NCBI GenBank assembly: GCA_016935175.1
Contig: JAFGRK010000002.1
Location: 1-46,563 of the forward strand
Length of the DNA stretch: 46,563 nucleotides
Direction of reading: 5' to 3'
Source: Candidatus Woesearchaeota archaeon
GTDB taxonomy: Archaea; Nanobdellota; Nanobdellia; Woesearchaeales; SM23-78
Under the pieces are notes generated by a model. The model was given only the letters and a program-made list of their open reading frames with translations. It made no database searches and was not told the origin of the DNA. Positions 36,533 to 45,542 of the stretch are shown here, in pieces. Positions within the stretch are counted from its first letter, which is position 1. Every line of letters begins with the position of its first letter. A program made the position numbers and the translations under genes.

Positions 36533-38311
36533 CTATGCTCTCCTTGAACGAGACTCTTTGGCTGAGCTATTCTTCCTGAGCATTTTCCTGAGCTCCTTTT
36601 CCTGCTGCTTGGCTTCCTTCTCTCTCCTCTTCCTGATAGCCTCCTCAAGCTTCTTCCTGTTCTGCTCCCTTTTCCTCTCCCACTTCATCAGGGCTTCCCT
36701 TCGTTTCCTCAGCTCTTTTTCCTGATCGCTCTCTGCTCTCTCTTGAGGCTTCTTAGGCTCGGTATTTTCATCGGGGCTGGAGTCGTTTTGCCGCTTCATT
36801 GAGATTCTGAAAAGAAAGCCTCTTCTCTCTTTCTTCTCGCTGCCAGGATAGGTGAGCACTGGCCTCCTGTCATAGATGCTCAGCTTAGGATTAGTTAGCT
36901 CTGGGGTTGCAGGGAGAACCTGGGTGTCTTCCAGCTCTTCTTTTTTTAGCTCAGGCTCCGGGGTTGCTTCGGGTGTTGTCTCATCATTAGGGGTAGGAAC
37001 TAGCGTATCCTCTTCCTTAAGAGCTTCCTCGATGTCCTTGGAGAGATTGTCATCCTCAGTAAAGGTTAAGTTAGTGATAGCGCTGGGAAGGATGGTAGGA
37101 GTTGATGGGGTTTCAGGCTCTTCTGGTGCTTTCTCTTGCACTGACTCCTCATTAGGAAGGACTTCACTAGCGAGATTACCTGCAGAGGGAGCATCATGGT
37201 TCTTGAGCATTCCATTGATGCCTGCTTTTAGGTCATCAGTGGCTTTTTGCATTTCCTTATCTAGCTCTTCATCGCTAGGCAGAATGCTCGTGATTGGAAG
37301 CGGAAGAACTGGCGGCAGTTGTATACGATTGGCAGGAGATTCAGCTTCTTGTTCATCATCTTCAGCATTAGGAGCTGGCTCTGGAATGTCAGGGATGATC
37401 CGGGTTTCTTCTTTTGCTTCTTCCTCAATATGTTCTTGTTCAGGCTGATCCTCAGTAGGCACTTCCCTAAGAGGAATAACAGCAAGAGTAGATGTAGGAA
37501 GAAGAATAGGATCCTTGGGCTGCTCAGCAGCTTGCTCTGTATGATTTCCCTGAGCTTTAGACTCATCTGCCTCTTCAAGCTCATCATCTTCATCATATAC
37601 CTTAGGCAGGTTGAGCCTGGAGATGTCATTGCCAGCCCAGACATTGCCACACTTAGGGCAGACAAAGACGATTATGAAAAGATCTCTTTCCAGCTGGTTG
37701 TCATAAAGGATATTCGCGCTTATTTCCCTGTTGAAGTCCTTGAAAAGGTTGTTCCACTTGGTAAGGAATGAGTGGTCGCCGCACCTGACATCCCTTCCTA
37801 AGAAATCTTGCTTGACATAGAACTGGGTGCGAGGGCTGAGGTTCTCCTTTTTGACCTTGCTGAGCAGCAAGTGCTTGTTAAGGTCAGTTAGCTTGACTTC
37901 CTCTTCAGGCTCAATTGGCTTAGGCTTACTATCAAGCTTAGCTGCTGCCTGGCATCCATTTATGTAGTTGATCAATGATTGGCTAAGTGAGTCAAGCTCT
38001 TTCTTCTTGAACTCCAACAAGGTGCCCTTGACATCCCTCTTGGCGTCTTCTTGAAAAATGCTCAGCCGATCGTCGATGTCATCTTTGATGCATTGGAGGC
38101 TTCGGCCCATTAACTCCTTGACAGCTTCCTCTGCGCTTTCATGGGAGCTTACCTTGACGTGCTTCTTAACGTGCTTTTTCATGGAACGCCACAGGATAGT
38201 TCCGAACAGGAATCCGATAAGAAAAGGGATGACCAAGGTCCTGACTTCCTCATAGCTCCAGACCTCTTGAAAGAACCCAAGGATAGCGTTGAGTGCTACC
38301 TCGAAATCCAT
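36533..38311 (-). CDS. Large hypothetical membrane protein: N-terminal TM, zinc ribbon, acidic Pro/Glu-rich low-complexity linker, basic Lys/Arg/Glu coiled-coil C-terminus
   Basis: 592 aa. The start is placed at MDFEVALN (ATG at 38309-38311, GGAG SD) rather than the longer ORF. Confidence 0.6.
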   Translation of the reverse strand: MDFEVALNAILGFFQEVWSYEEVRTLVIPFLIGFLFGTILWRSMKKHVKKHVKVSSHESAEEAVKELMGRSLQCIKDDIDDRLSIFQEDAKRDVKGTLLEFKKKELDSLSQSLINYINGCQAAAKLDSKPKPIEPEEEVKLTDLNKHLLLSKVKKENLSPRTQFYVKQDFLGRDVRCGDHSFLTKWNNLFKDFNREISANILYDNQLERDLFIIVFVCPKCGNVWAGNDISRLNLPKVYDEDDELEEADESKAQGNHTEQAAEQPKDPILLPTSTLAVIPLREVPTEDQPEQEHIEEEAKEETRIIPDIPEPAPNAEDDEQEAESPANRIQLPPVLPLPITSILPSDEELDKEMQKATDDLKAGINGMLKNHDAPSAGNLASEVLPNEESVQEKAPEEPETPSTPTILPSAITNLTFTEDDNLSKDIEEALKEEDTLVPTPNDETTPEATPEPELKKEELEDTQVLPATPELTNPKLSIYDRRPVLTYPGSEKKERRGFLFRISMKRQNDSSPDENTEPKKPQERAESDQEKELRKRREALMKWERKREQNRKKLEEAIRKRREKEAKQQEKELRKMLRKNSSAKESRSRRA

Positions 38312-38516
38312 GGTTAAACTCCTTTCATCCTTATTGATGTGCATGATGATACTGTTTATGTTAAGAAGAATTAATAGTGAATGAAGCATAAATCATTCTA
38401 TTTATCTGAAAGCCTGCCTTTGGCTGTTATATGCGGGGAAAGGCGCCTTGCACAGGCCTGCCTTAGCTTCTCGACAGCAAAGCGCCTGAAAAACAGCTTG
38501 CAATCCAGGCAAAAAG

Positions 38517-38687
38517 CTAATCCTCAACCACTTCAGCCACAATCACTTCTTGTTCGGGCTCCTCAGGCCGGGCAAAAGGCTTCTCCTTCCTGGTCTCAGG
38601 GAAAAGGACTTGCTCAGTGATCTGGATCTCGTTCTTGAAATCATCTTCCCTGGGGGTTTCCTTCAAAGCTCTATTGTTTCTTATCAT
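38517..38687 (-). CDS. Small acidic hypothetical protein (56 aa), tentative
   Basis: My own translation is MIRNNRALKETPREDDFKNEIQITEQVLFPETRKEKPFARPEEPEQEVIVAEVVED. GGAGAG lies upstream. It is below the track length cut-off. Confidence 0.35.
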   Translation of the reverse strand: MIRNNRALKETPREDDFKNEIQITEQVLFPETRKEKPFARPEEPEQEVIVAEVVED

Positions 38688-38732
38688 TATGTGGTTACTC
38701 TCCTTTCTTTTCTAATAGAAATGTTATAGGCT

Positions 38733-38954
38733 TTAATTAGCCCTTATGTCATGGATGTCAATCTCGGCCAGGGCTGCTTCTAACTTGGCTACTTCTGCCG
38801 ATCGCTTGCGCTCCTCCTCACCTTTCCATCTCTGCCCTTTCTTGCGAGCCCTGATTCTCAGGTGGGCATAATAGCTGGTCGCGTAGATGAGGAAGACAGC
38901 CAAGGCAATGAGGAATATGCCTCCTGAAGCCAGCCAAGGGCTTGCGTTGATCAT
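38733..38954 (-). CDS. Small membrane protein
   Basis: 73 aa. Confidence 0.45.
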   Translation of the reverse strand: MINASPWLASGGIFLIALAVFLIYATSYYAHLRIRARKKGQRWKGEEERKRSAEVAKLEAALAEIDIHDIRAN

Positions 38955-39014
38955 GGATTTAGCCCTCCTTCTTTGCCTTTTCTTTAAGTGGCAAAAATCC
39001 TAGAGAAACCCTAG

Positions 39015-39362
39015 TTATCCCTCCTCTTTTCCATCGCCATCTTCCTGCTTGGGTTGTTCTGAGCAATCTTTATACACAGCCTTGTTTTTGCGTGCTATCC
39101 TAAAAAAGCAGCTTGTCAAAATCAAGACAAAAATTATGAACACCAAGCTTATACAGATGATGCTAGCAACCAGAAAGAATAATACTGGAACAGCGACCAG
39201 GAGGATAAGAGATTTCCACCACCAAGCCAGATGGATGATGCCCCAGATCTGAAAGCCAGCAAATATAGCATAGGCCAAGGCTCCCAGAACAGAAAGCCCC
39301 ATTACCACCCGGGAACACCAGCGGGATATCTTATCGAGATTTTGTTCTATGTAGAAACACAT
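39015..39362 (-). CDS. Hypothetical membrane protein
   Basis: 115 aa. Confidence 0.5.
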   Translation of the reverse strand: MCFYIEQNLDKISRWCSRVVMGLSVLGALAYAIFAGFQIWGIIHLAWWWKSLILLVAVPVLFFLVASIICISLVFIIFVLILTSCFFRIARKNKAVYKDCSEQPKQEDGDGKEEG

Positions 39363-39401
39363 ATTAGATCTCCTTTCACAGGGTGATATGTGACCAGAGG
39401 C

Positions 39402-39632
39402 TTACTTCTTCTTCCTGAAGACCAGGGTGCAGTCGGGAAGCTTCATGTTAGGCCTGGGCCTGGAGAGGAGGAAGCCGAGCCTGGCCATGTGGCTGAAGAA
39501 CTTCTGCTCGTCGATGTACATCTTGTTGATGACCGAGATCCTGGTGGCCTTGGCGGTCTTGCCCTTGTTTGAGAAGACGATCCTGTAGCCGTGGATATGA
39601 AAGGACTTGGGATTCGCGGATTCTTTTTTCAT
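39402..39632 (-). CDS. Small basic hypothetical protein
   Basis: 76 aa. Confidence 0.4.
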   Translation of the reverse strand: MKKESANPKSFHIHGYRIVFSNKGKTAKATRISVINKMYIDEQKFFSHMARLGFLLSRPRPNMKLPDCTLVFRKKK

Positions 39633-39700
39633 GACAGTCTCCTTTCTGTCCTTTGGATTATTTATGTGAAGAGCTAGTGCTCTTGAAACGCTAAGGCTTC

Positions 39701-40282
39701 TTATGCTTGCGGGAGGAGATTATCCTTGATCTGCCCGATGGAAAGCTCTCCCTGAGAGATGAGGCTGACCAGCTCAGCAGCGTTCTCGAGGTAGTTGAAC
39801 TGGGCGGTCTTGATGTTGATGTCGTTCTCATCGAAGACCAGGTACTTGACCTCGATGGAGAAAAAGCCGTGCTTCTTCTCGAACTTGTTGTTGGGATCGG
39901 TGAGCTTGGCTGTCAGGAGCAAGTCATAGCGATAGTCGTATGTCTTGCCCATGTAGTTGACGAAGTGGATCATCTTGCTTTCCTTGTCGATCTCCACCTT
40001 CGGAGCGCGGTTCGGCTTGAGCATGTCGGTGAGCTGCTTGGATTTTTTGAAGTTCTCCCATAAGGAGATCATGAGACCCCAATTGAGGATCAAGAAAATG
40101 ATAAGCGTAACGCTAATTCCGAAGTCTACTAACTCGGGGTTGCGAATCATACCCCTGATTACCAGAAAGTTTAAGCATAGGAGGCCGAGCCCGGAGACTA
40201 GTGAAAAGATGAAAGTCCTCCTGGGCCAGATAGCGGCGAAGTGAAGAGCCCTGGGTGAAGGGCTGAGGTCGATGGGATTCAT
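39701..40282 (-). CDS. Hypothetical membrane protein (2 TM + soluble domain)
   Basis: 193 aa. Confidence 0.5.
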   Translation of the reverse strand: MNPIDLSPSPRALHFAAIWPRRTFIFSLVSGLGLLCLNFLVIRGMIRNPELVDFGISVTLIIFLILNWGLMISLWENFKKSKQLTDMLKPNRAPKVEIDKESKMIHFVNYMGKTYDYRYDLLLTAKLTDPNNKFEKKHGFFSIEVKYLVFDENDINIKTAQFNYLENAAELVSLISQGELSIGQIKDNLLPQA

Positions 40283-40339
40283 GTTGATGCTCCTTGTTTT
40301 GTTTGGTTTTGGGTTATCTATCTTGACTCAGGCTTGCTG

Positions 40340-41158
40340 CTAGGCTTCCTGCTTCTTGGCTTCTTCGGGCTTTTTCTTGAAGAGAAGCTCGTAAGCCCCG
40401 AAGCCTGTGAGCCCACCGACAACAGCGCCGATGAAGAGCTTGAGGGCACTGCCGCCAGGGATGATGTAGCCTATGAGCACGCCAGCAGCAGCATAAGACA
40501 TGCAGATGAGCCGCTCGTCAGAGTGGATGAGCACGAAGACTTTCTTGACGAACTTGAAGATGATGGCAAAGAACTTGGCGACCTTGACAGCTGCCCTGGG
40601 AATCCACTTGGTGAAGAGCTTGGGGAATGAAAGGATGTAAAACCTGAAGGGATTGAAACGCTTGATAAACTCCCTAGATATGTCCTGATGCTCTGCTTTT
40701 CCGAAAAAGCTTGAGCCCTCAGTCTTTTGCTGTGCAAGGATCATGAAAATTGATGTGAAGACGAAGCCAAGCGGATAGAAGACAACAAACACCGTGATTG
40801 TTAGAGAGGCAATCTTAGGAGCTGTATTGGTAATTGCACCAATAATCAAAAGGATTGCTGCAAAAAGAATCCAAATACCGATTATCATTGACAATACCAT
40901 GTTGTGGCAAGCCAATAATTCCAGGAAGCGCCCGCGCCAGTTCTCCTTGTTAAATTTGAAGCTGATGATCTGCTTCCAGGCAGCCTTGACAGCGGCTTTG
41001 ACCTGCTTGAAGTCGTAGGCAAGGTAGCCGAAGAGGCCGCCGAGAGCCATGCCGATGAGGCAGGCGAAAAAGGACGAGTCGCTGATGGAAAGCGCTGCGA
41101 TGAGGCCGATGATGGCTCCAAAGGCGCAGGCCAGAAAGACTTTGAAAGAGGTTTTCAT
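40340..41158 (-). CDS. Hypothetical polytopic membrane protein
   Basis: 272 aa. Confidence 0.55.
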   Translation of the reverse strand: MKTSFKVFLACAFGAIIGLIAALSISDSSFFACLIGMALGGLFGYLAYDFKQVKAAVKAAWKQIISFKFNKENWRGRFLELLACHNMVLSMIIGIWILFAAILLIIGAITNTAPKIASLTITVFVVFYPLGFVFTSIFMILAQQKTEGSSFFGKAEHQDISREFIKRFNPFRFYILSFPKLFTKWIPRAAVKVAKFFAIIFKFVKKVFVLIHSDERLICMSYAAAGVLIGYIIPGGSALKLFIGAVVGGLTGFGAYELLFKKKPEEAKKQEA

Positions 41159-41191
41159 GATGGTCTCCTTTTTTTTTCTTCCCGTGGTTTA

Positions 41192-41710
41192 CTAGTTGGT
41201 TACCACAAAAATGAGATAGCCGAGGCCGATAAGCACAATGACAAGAATCCAGCCCACTGCGATAAGCACCTGATAAGGGAACCACACGATATTTTTCGGG
41301 GTTGTGACCTTGGCTCCTTGCTTGGTGTGGTCAATGACGACTTCCCGGATCTTCATCAGGGCGTTGTCGTTCTCGATCTGCTCCAGCTCTGTCTTGGGCT
41401 CGCCTTTCTGCAGAATTCGGTCAGCAGTGTTCTTGGCACCTAGGATTTGTTTGTACCAAATCTCCAGGTCAGACTCTGATGTTGGGAAGAGGATAGCGGA
41501 GTTTCCTTTGGTGAGGTTATGCCTCTCAATATAATCGAGGGCATGGCTCAGGAATTCATTGGCCAGCTGGACTGTCGGCGCGTCCCCTGTGAGCTTGAGA
41601 TAGGAAGTGCACCCCTTCTTCATGCTGTACCAGCGGGTGATGCACAGGACACTCAGGAAGATGAAAAGAATCACGCCTAGGGTGACCAGAACTTTTCCGA
41701 AAGATCTCAT
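41192..41710 (-). CDS. Hypothetical bitopic membrane protein (TM at both termini)
   Basis: 172 aa. Confidence 0.5.
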   Translation of the reverse strand: MRSFGKVLVTLGVILFIFLSVLCITRWYSMKKGCTSYLKLTGDAPTVQLANEFLSHALDYIERHNLTKGNSAILFPTSESDLEIWYKQILGAKNTADRILQKGEPKTELEQIENDNALMKIREVVIDHTKQGAKVTTPKNIVWFPYQVLIAVGWILVIVLIGLGYLIFVVTN

Positions 41711-41858
41711 TGTGTTTCTCCTTTTTTGTTTAGGATTTATTTATGTGAAAGCAATTAAGCTTTTCTATGTGACGCAAAAGCGCCCTGCCAGTACTCTATA
41801 TTTAACTGTCAAGTTGCCAGGGCGCTGAGTAGAACGGCTTGGTGTTTTCACCAAAACT

Positions 41859-42167
41859 TTAAATGTGATACTTGACTTCGAGGAACTCGCCGTATTTCTT
41901 GATCTGCTTGTCCAGCCACTTCTTCCAGTTTCTGCGATTAACTCCCTTGGCATTCACCTTCTTGAGATGGGGGAACTGCTTGAGCAGGTCTCGCTTGCAT
42001 ATGGAAGCAGCAGCAAGGAAAGCATGCGGAAGATTGGATTCAGGCATGTGAGCCATGAAAAAAACGATTTTTTCCAGGCCCTCTCCTCCTTCGGGAGAAA
42101 CCAGTTTGCCAGTTGTTACTGACAGCACATCTCCCAGGTGGAACTTTTTGGTTTGATGCTTTGACAT
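41859..42167 (-). CDS. Hypothetical soluble protein
   Basis: 102 aa. Confidence 0.45.
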   Translation of the reverse strand: MSKHQTKKFHLGDVLSVTTGKLVSPEGGEGLEKIVFFMAHMPESNLPHAFLAAASICKRDLLKQFPHLKKVNAKGVNRRNWKKWLDKQIKKYGEFLEVKYHI

Positions 42168-42231
42168 AGATCTAACTCTCCTTTTAGTAAGTATGGGTTA
42201 CATCAGGATTGTGGCTCTTGAAAGCTTCCTG

Positions 42232-42660
42232 CTAGATCTCCCACTTGCCCTTCATCGACTCGACAAAGTTGACCAGTTCAGCCCTTACCTTCCAGGCGCT
42301 CTCAAAGATGACGTCCTCCCCTTTGTACTTGGCAGGGTAGTCAGTGTATTGGATGAGAAGCCTGCTCCTGGTCACGCCTTCTGCGTCCTTGCTCTGAGGA
42401 TAAGCTTTTTTCCAGAGCTGCTTGTGCAGCCTGACATAGCCTGAGGTGACGATGTAAACCTGCTCGTTGATAGCTTCGTCAATGAAGGGTCCTTCGATGA
42501 TGAGAGGCCCGTCAGAGATGAGGCTATTGATCATGAACGGCTTGTACTCGCTGCTCGGCGACATGACCTGGATGCGTTTCATGAACGAGCAGTTGATTAC
42601 CATGATTCCTGCCAAAATGACAAAAGCAAATTTTTTCATGATAGTCTCCTTTCCTTTCAC
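42232..42660 (-). CDS. Putative lipoprotein
   Basis: 142 aa with a signal peptide and VINCS lipobox-like motif. Confidence 0.5.
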   Translation of the reverse strand: MKGKETIMKKFAFVILAGIMVINCSFMKRIQVMSPSSEYKPFMINSLISDGPLIIEGPFIDEAINEQVYIVTSGYVRLHKQLWKKAYPQSKDAEGVTRSRLLIQYTDYPAKYKGEDVIFESAWKVRAELVNFVESMKGKWEI

Positions 42661-42683
42661 TAGGTGAGATAAATAAAATTATA

Positions 42684-43298
42684 TCAAACAGGTTCTTGTG
42701 AGAACTCTGAGATTTGGGTTTTACGGTTACGTAGAAAAGCGATTATGGCTACGCTTAAGTTTCCAAGAAAGCCGTTGACAAATGGGTACAGCAGGGGAAG
42801 CAGCCCTTGGTAGTTAAGGATGTTGGAAGCTACAAGCAGTGAATAGGCTAGAGCGCTTATTGCCCATGAAAGGGGTTTTTCTCTGAGGGTTCCTTTAAGT
42901 AGTCCTTCCAGGGTAGGCCACCATGCTACAAGGAGTGAGATCTGGAGTACGATATTGGTTTGCTGGTTGTTGCGTGTGATGAACCAGTAGGTGAAGCTGA
43001 TAAGTGCGAAAACCATGGTGATGATGCCGCTTTTGCCGATTGGGCCGAATTTCCTTTTGGTGAACGAGTAGGCAACAAGAAAAAACATTGCTACAGTGAT
43101 GACTATGGGAAGAGTAGTCTTGAACCAGTTTCCTTTTACAACATCGTGGTAAGTGAAGGTGTTAAGAGTGAGTACTGCGAGGGCGATGAGCCAGGTGATT
43201 GGATGAGGTGTTGAGCCGCCTTGCTTGATTTGCCTGAAATAGATAAAGGGGACGGGTAAAAAGATGATGCCTGATAAGAGTCCTAATAGGTCGCTCAT
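42684..43298 (-). CDS. Hypothetical polytopic membrane protein (first gene of the array)
   Basis: 204 aa. Confidence 0.55.
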   Translation of the reverse strand: MSDLLGLLSGIIFLPVPFIYFRQIKQGGSTPHPITWLIALAVLTLNTFTYHDVVKGNWFKTTLPIVITVAMFFLVAYSFTKRKFGPIGKSGIITMVFALISFTYWFITRNNQQTNIVLQISLLVAWWPTLEGLLKGTLREKPLSWAISALAYSLLVASNILNYQGLLPLLYPFVNGFLGNLSVAIIAFLRNRKTQISEFSQEPV

Positions 43299-43385
43299 TG
43301 TTTTTTTTCCTTTCTTTGATGTTTGGTTTAAAGAAATAAAAAGAAGAAGTTTTGAAAATCAAAAATCCAAAATTACGTATTTCAA

Positions 43386-43560
43386 GAGTTTCCGGGTTTA
43401 TCCGTGAAGAATTCACTTAAATAAAGGTTTTAGATGTAAGTAAAACTAAGAAGAGGTCCGATTTGTTTTCGTTTCCGAAAGCCTGATTCTGAGGTTTTCT
43501 GGGTTTTCCGGTCACAAAAAAGCTTTTGTTTAATGGGTTTTCCGCTTGGGTTTTTAGGTC
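43386..43560. repeat. Cluster of at least 5 GGTTTTCC(G)-type direct repeats (iteron-like)
   Basis: GGGTTTTCCG is identical at 43501-43510 and 43535-43544. Variants lie at 43388-43400, 43465-43480 and 43491-43500. Confidence 0.55.
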
Positions 43561-43739
43561 CTTGGCAAAAAATTCCTGTTTTGTCTGTAAAGCTTTTGTC
43601 GGGTGTGCTATATTTCAATCCGCTGTGGGGTTGAGATATTTGTTTTGGTTTTGTTTGTATGTTTTAGGTTTGTTCTATGTTGTGTGTGTTTGTTGTGTGA
43701 TATAAGTGAATATGATTTTGTGAAATGTGAATGTGAGGT

Positions 43740-45509
43740 TTAAGCTGTCACGCTAGCCGCTACGGCAGGCATGAGCAGTTTCTTCCATCCTTTCTCATTC
43801 TTCTCTTCCTTTACTTGTATGAGCTGCTTCTTGATGAGCGAGTCCTTTAGGGCATTGCCTTTTCTTGCGCTTAGCCCCAGTTTTGCATAGGCCTGGCTCA
43901 CGCTTAGCTCTTGGCTCTTCACCAGCTCTAGGAATGCGTTCTCCTCCCCTGTGAGATTATCAACCACTACTTCGTGGAAGGTTTTAGGAGCTTCATCAAT
44001 GTGGATCCTTTTTAGCTCTGAGGCAGTGGTGTTCACCCCGCTCTTGAAATAGATTTTTCTCAAGCCTTCCATCTCTTCATTGATTTTCTTCTCTTCTGTG
44101 CTATTATTTATTGCTTTCTTGAGAAGGCAGGTCCTGATGTAGGCCTTCATTCTTTGGATTACATAATCATTCTCCACATTCTCTTTCTTCAATGGGATGT
44201 ATGGCACTTTGATCATGAATGGGTCATTGTACCTCTCTGCAAGCCTCACAACTGCCTGGCCTACGTCGAGCATTGAGAAATAATTCCTCTTGTCCCTTAG
44301 CTGGGTGAGGGTGCTTATCACTTCCACGTCCTGGGGCAGTATCTGCTGGAAAGCCACAATGCAGGCGCTGTTGCCTACGACTGTCTCTGACAGCTTTGAG
44401 ATGTGCTGGTCAAGGCAGATAAGGCTTTCTCCGTACTCTCTCATCTCCCTGTATATCATGTCTGTGACTGTCTCCCTCATGAAGCTAGGCCTCTCCCTCA
44501 GGAAGATGTTATGGGCTTCATCAACTATGATGGCATGCTCAAACTCATCAGCTGTCATGTTAAGGTTCTTTTTCATCTTGTAGATATATGTGAGCAGGTA
44601 TTCGCAGAAGAACTTCTTCTGTACTGTGTTGAGCGAGTAGAGCTCAAATACTACTCTCTTATCCATTATCTCTTCGACTGTCATCTCCTCTGTCCCTTTG
44701 GTGCAAAGGCATTTTCCATAATCTCCAAAGGTGAGCATGTGGGCGATCCTGACAGCAGTAGTGAGCCATTCAGTCTCCCTCCTGTTCATCCTGCTCTCAT
44801 TCTCTTTCTCAAGAAGCCTGTCATATATCTGCCTCCAGGTAGGATAGTTTTCTGAGCCTTGGTACACCTTGAAGTCCTTGAAGGCCTGGTCAAGGGTCTC
44901 TGCCAGTATCTTGGCTGTGCCATGGCTTGCAGTGAAGCTCTCAAGGATGACGTCTGTGAGTATGCTTATCCATTCCTTTGGCGGCACTCCTTTTGGTGGC
45001 CTGTTGATGTTGACCTTGAAGCCGTTGCTTATAGTCTCATTGCCTACAGTAAAAAGCAATATGTCCTGGTCTATGAGCATAAGCGGCCTGAAGCTTTTCT
45101 TCCAGTCCATTATCAGGAACGGCTTGTTCTTGACTATGAAGTTCCTTATCAGTTGATAGGCAAGGGTGGTCTTTCCTGAGCCGCTCATGCCTGTTATGCA
45201 CATATGCCTTTGCCAGTCATGCTCTCTCATGTTGAAGGAGTACAGGTCGTTGTTGGCATAGCTGATTATGCCTATAGGGTATTCCCCTTTCACCATCTCC
45301 TTTGTAGGGGGCTCCAGGAGTATCTGGTCTTTTAGCACTGCATGGCTTATGTACTTGATGTAGAGCGCGTAGATTATGTTGGCTATCTGCTTTTTCTTCT
45401 CAAGCTCCTCTGCCATGTTGTAGTTCATGAAGAGCTGGTCCATTTTCTCCCCGAGTATGGGCCTGAGCTTCCTGCTCATTTCCTCGATGGTGATTGGGTG
45501 CTGCATCAT
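43740..45509 (-). CDS. HerA/FtsK/VirB4-superfamily P-loop ATPase (DUF87-like) with C-terminal winged-helix-like domain
   Basis: 589 aa with Walker A CITGMSGSGKTT, FLIMDWKKSF (equivalent to the DPKGE position), Walker B AIIVDEAHNIF, and a C-terminal HTH-like LSVSQAYAKLGLSARKGNALKDSLIKKQLI. Confidence 0.75.
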   Translation of the reverse strand: MMQHPITIEEMSRKLRPILGEKMDQLFMNYNMAEELEKKKQIANIIYALYIKYISHAVLKDQILLEPPTKEMVKGEYPIGIISYANNDLYSFNMREHDWQRHMCITGMSGSGKTTLAYQLIRNFIVKNKPFLIMDWKKSFRPLMLIDQDILLFTVGNETISNGFKVNINRPPKGVPPKEWISILTDVILESFTASHGTAKILAETLDQAFKDFKVYQGSENYPTWRQIYDRLLEKENESRMNRRETEWLTTAVRIAHMLTFGDYGKCLCTKGTEEMTVEEIMDKRVVFELYSLNTVQKKFFCEYLLTYIYKMKKNLNMTADEFEHAIIVDEAHNIFLRERPSFMRETVTDMIYREMREYGESLICLDQHISKLSETVVGNSACIVAFQQILPQDVEVISTLTQLRDKRNYFSMLDVGQAVVRLAERYNDPFMIKVPYIPLKKENVENDYVIQRMKAYIRTCLLKKAINNSTEEKKINEEMEGLRKIYFKSGVNTTASELKRIHIDEAPKTFHEVVVDNLTGEENAFLELVKSQELSVSQAYAKLGLSARKGNALKDSLIKKQLIQVKEEKNEKGWKKLLMPAVAASVTA

Positions 45510-45542
45510 TTTGACTATTGCCTCTTTTTTTTCTTCTCAGGT

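Noticed and set aside
36876-37771. ORFs 36876..37448 (+), 37261..37665 (-) and 37319..37771 (+)
   Set aside because: These are alternative frames within the low-complexity linker region of the 592-aa protein. Their Ser/Leu-rich translations are typical of frame artefacts.
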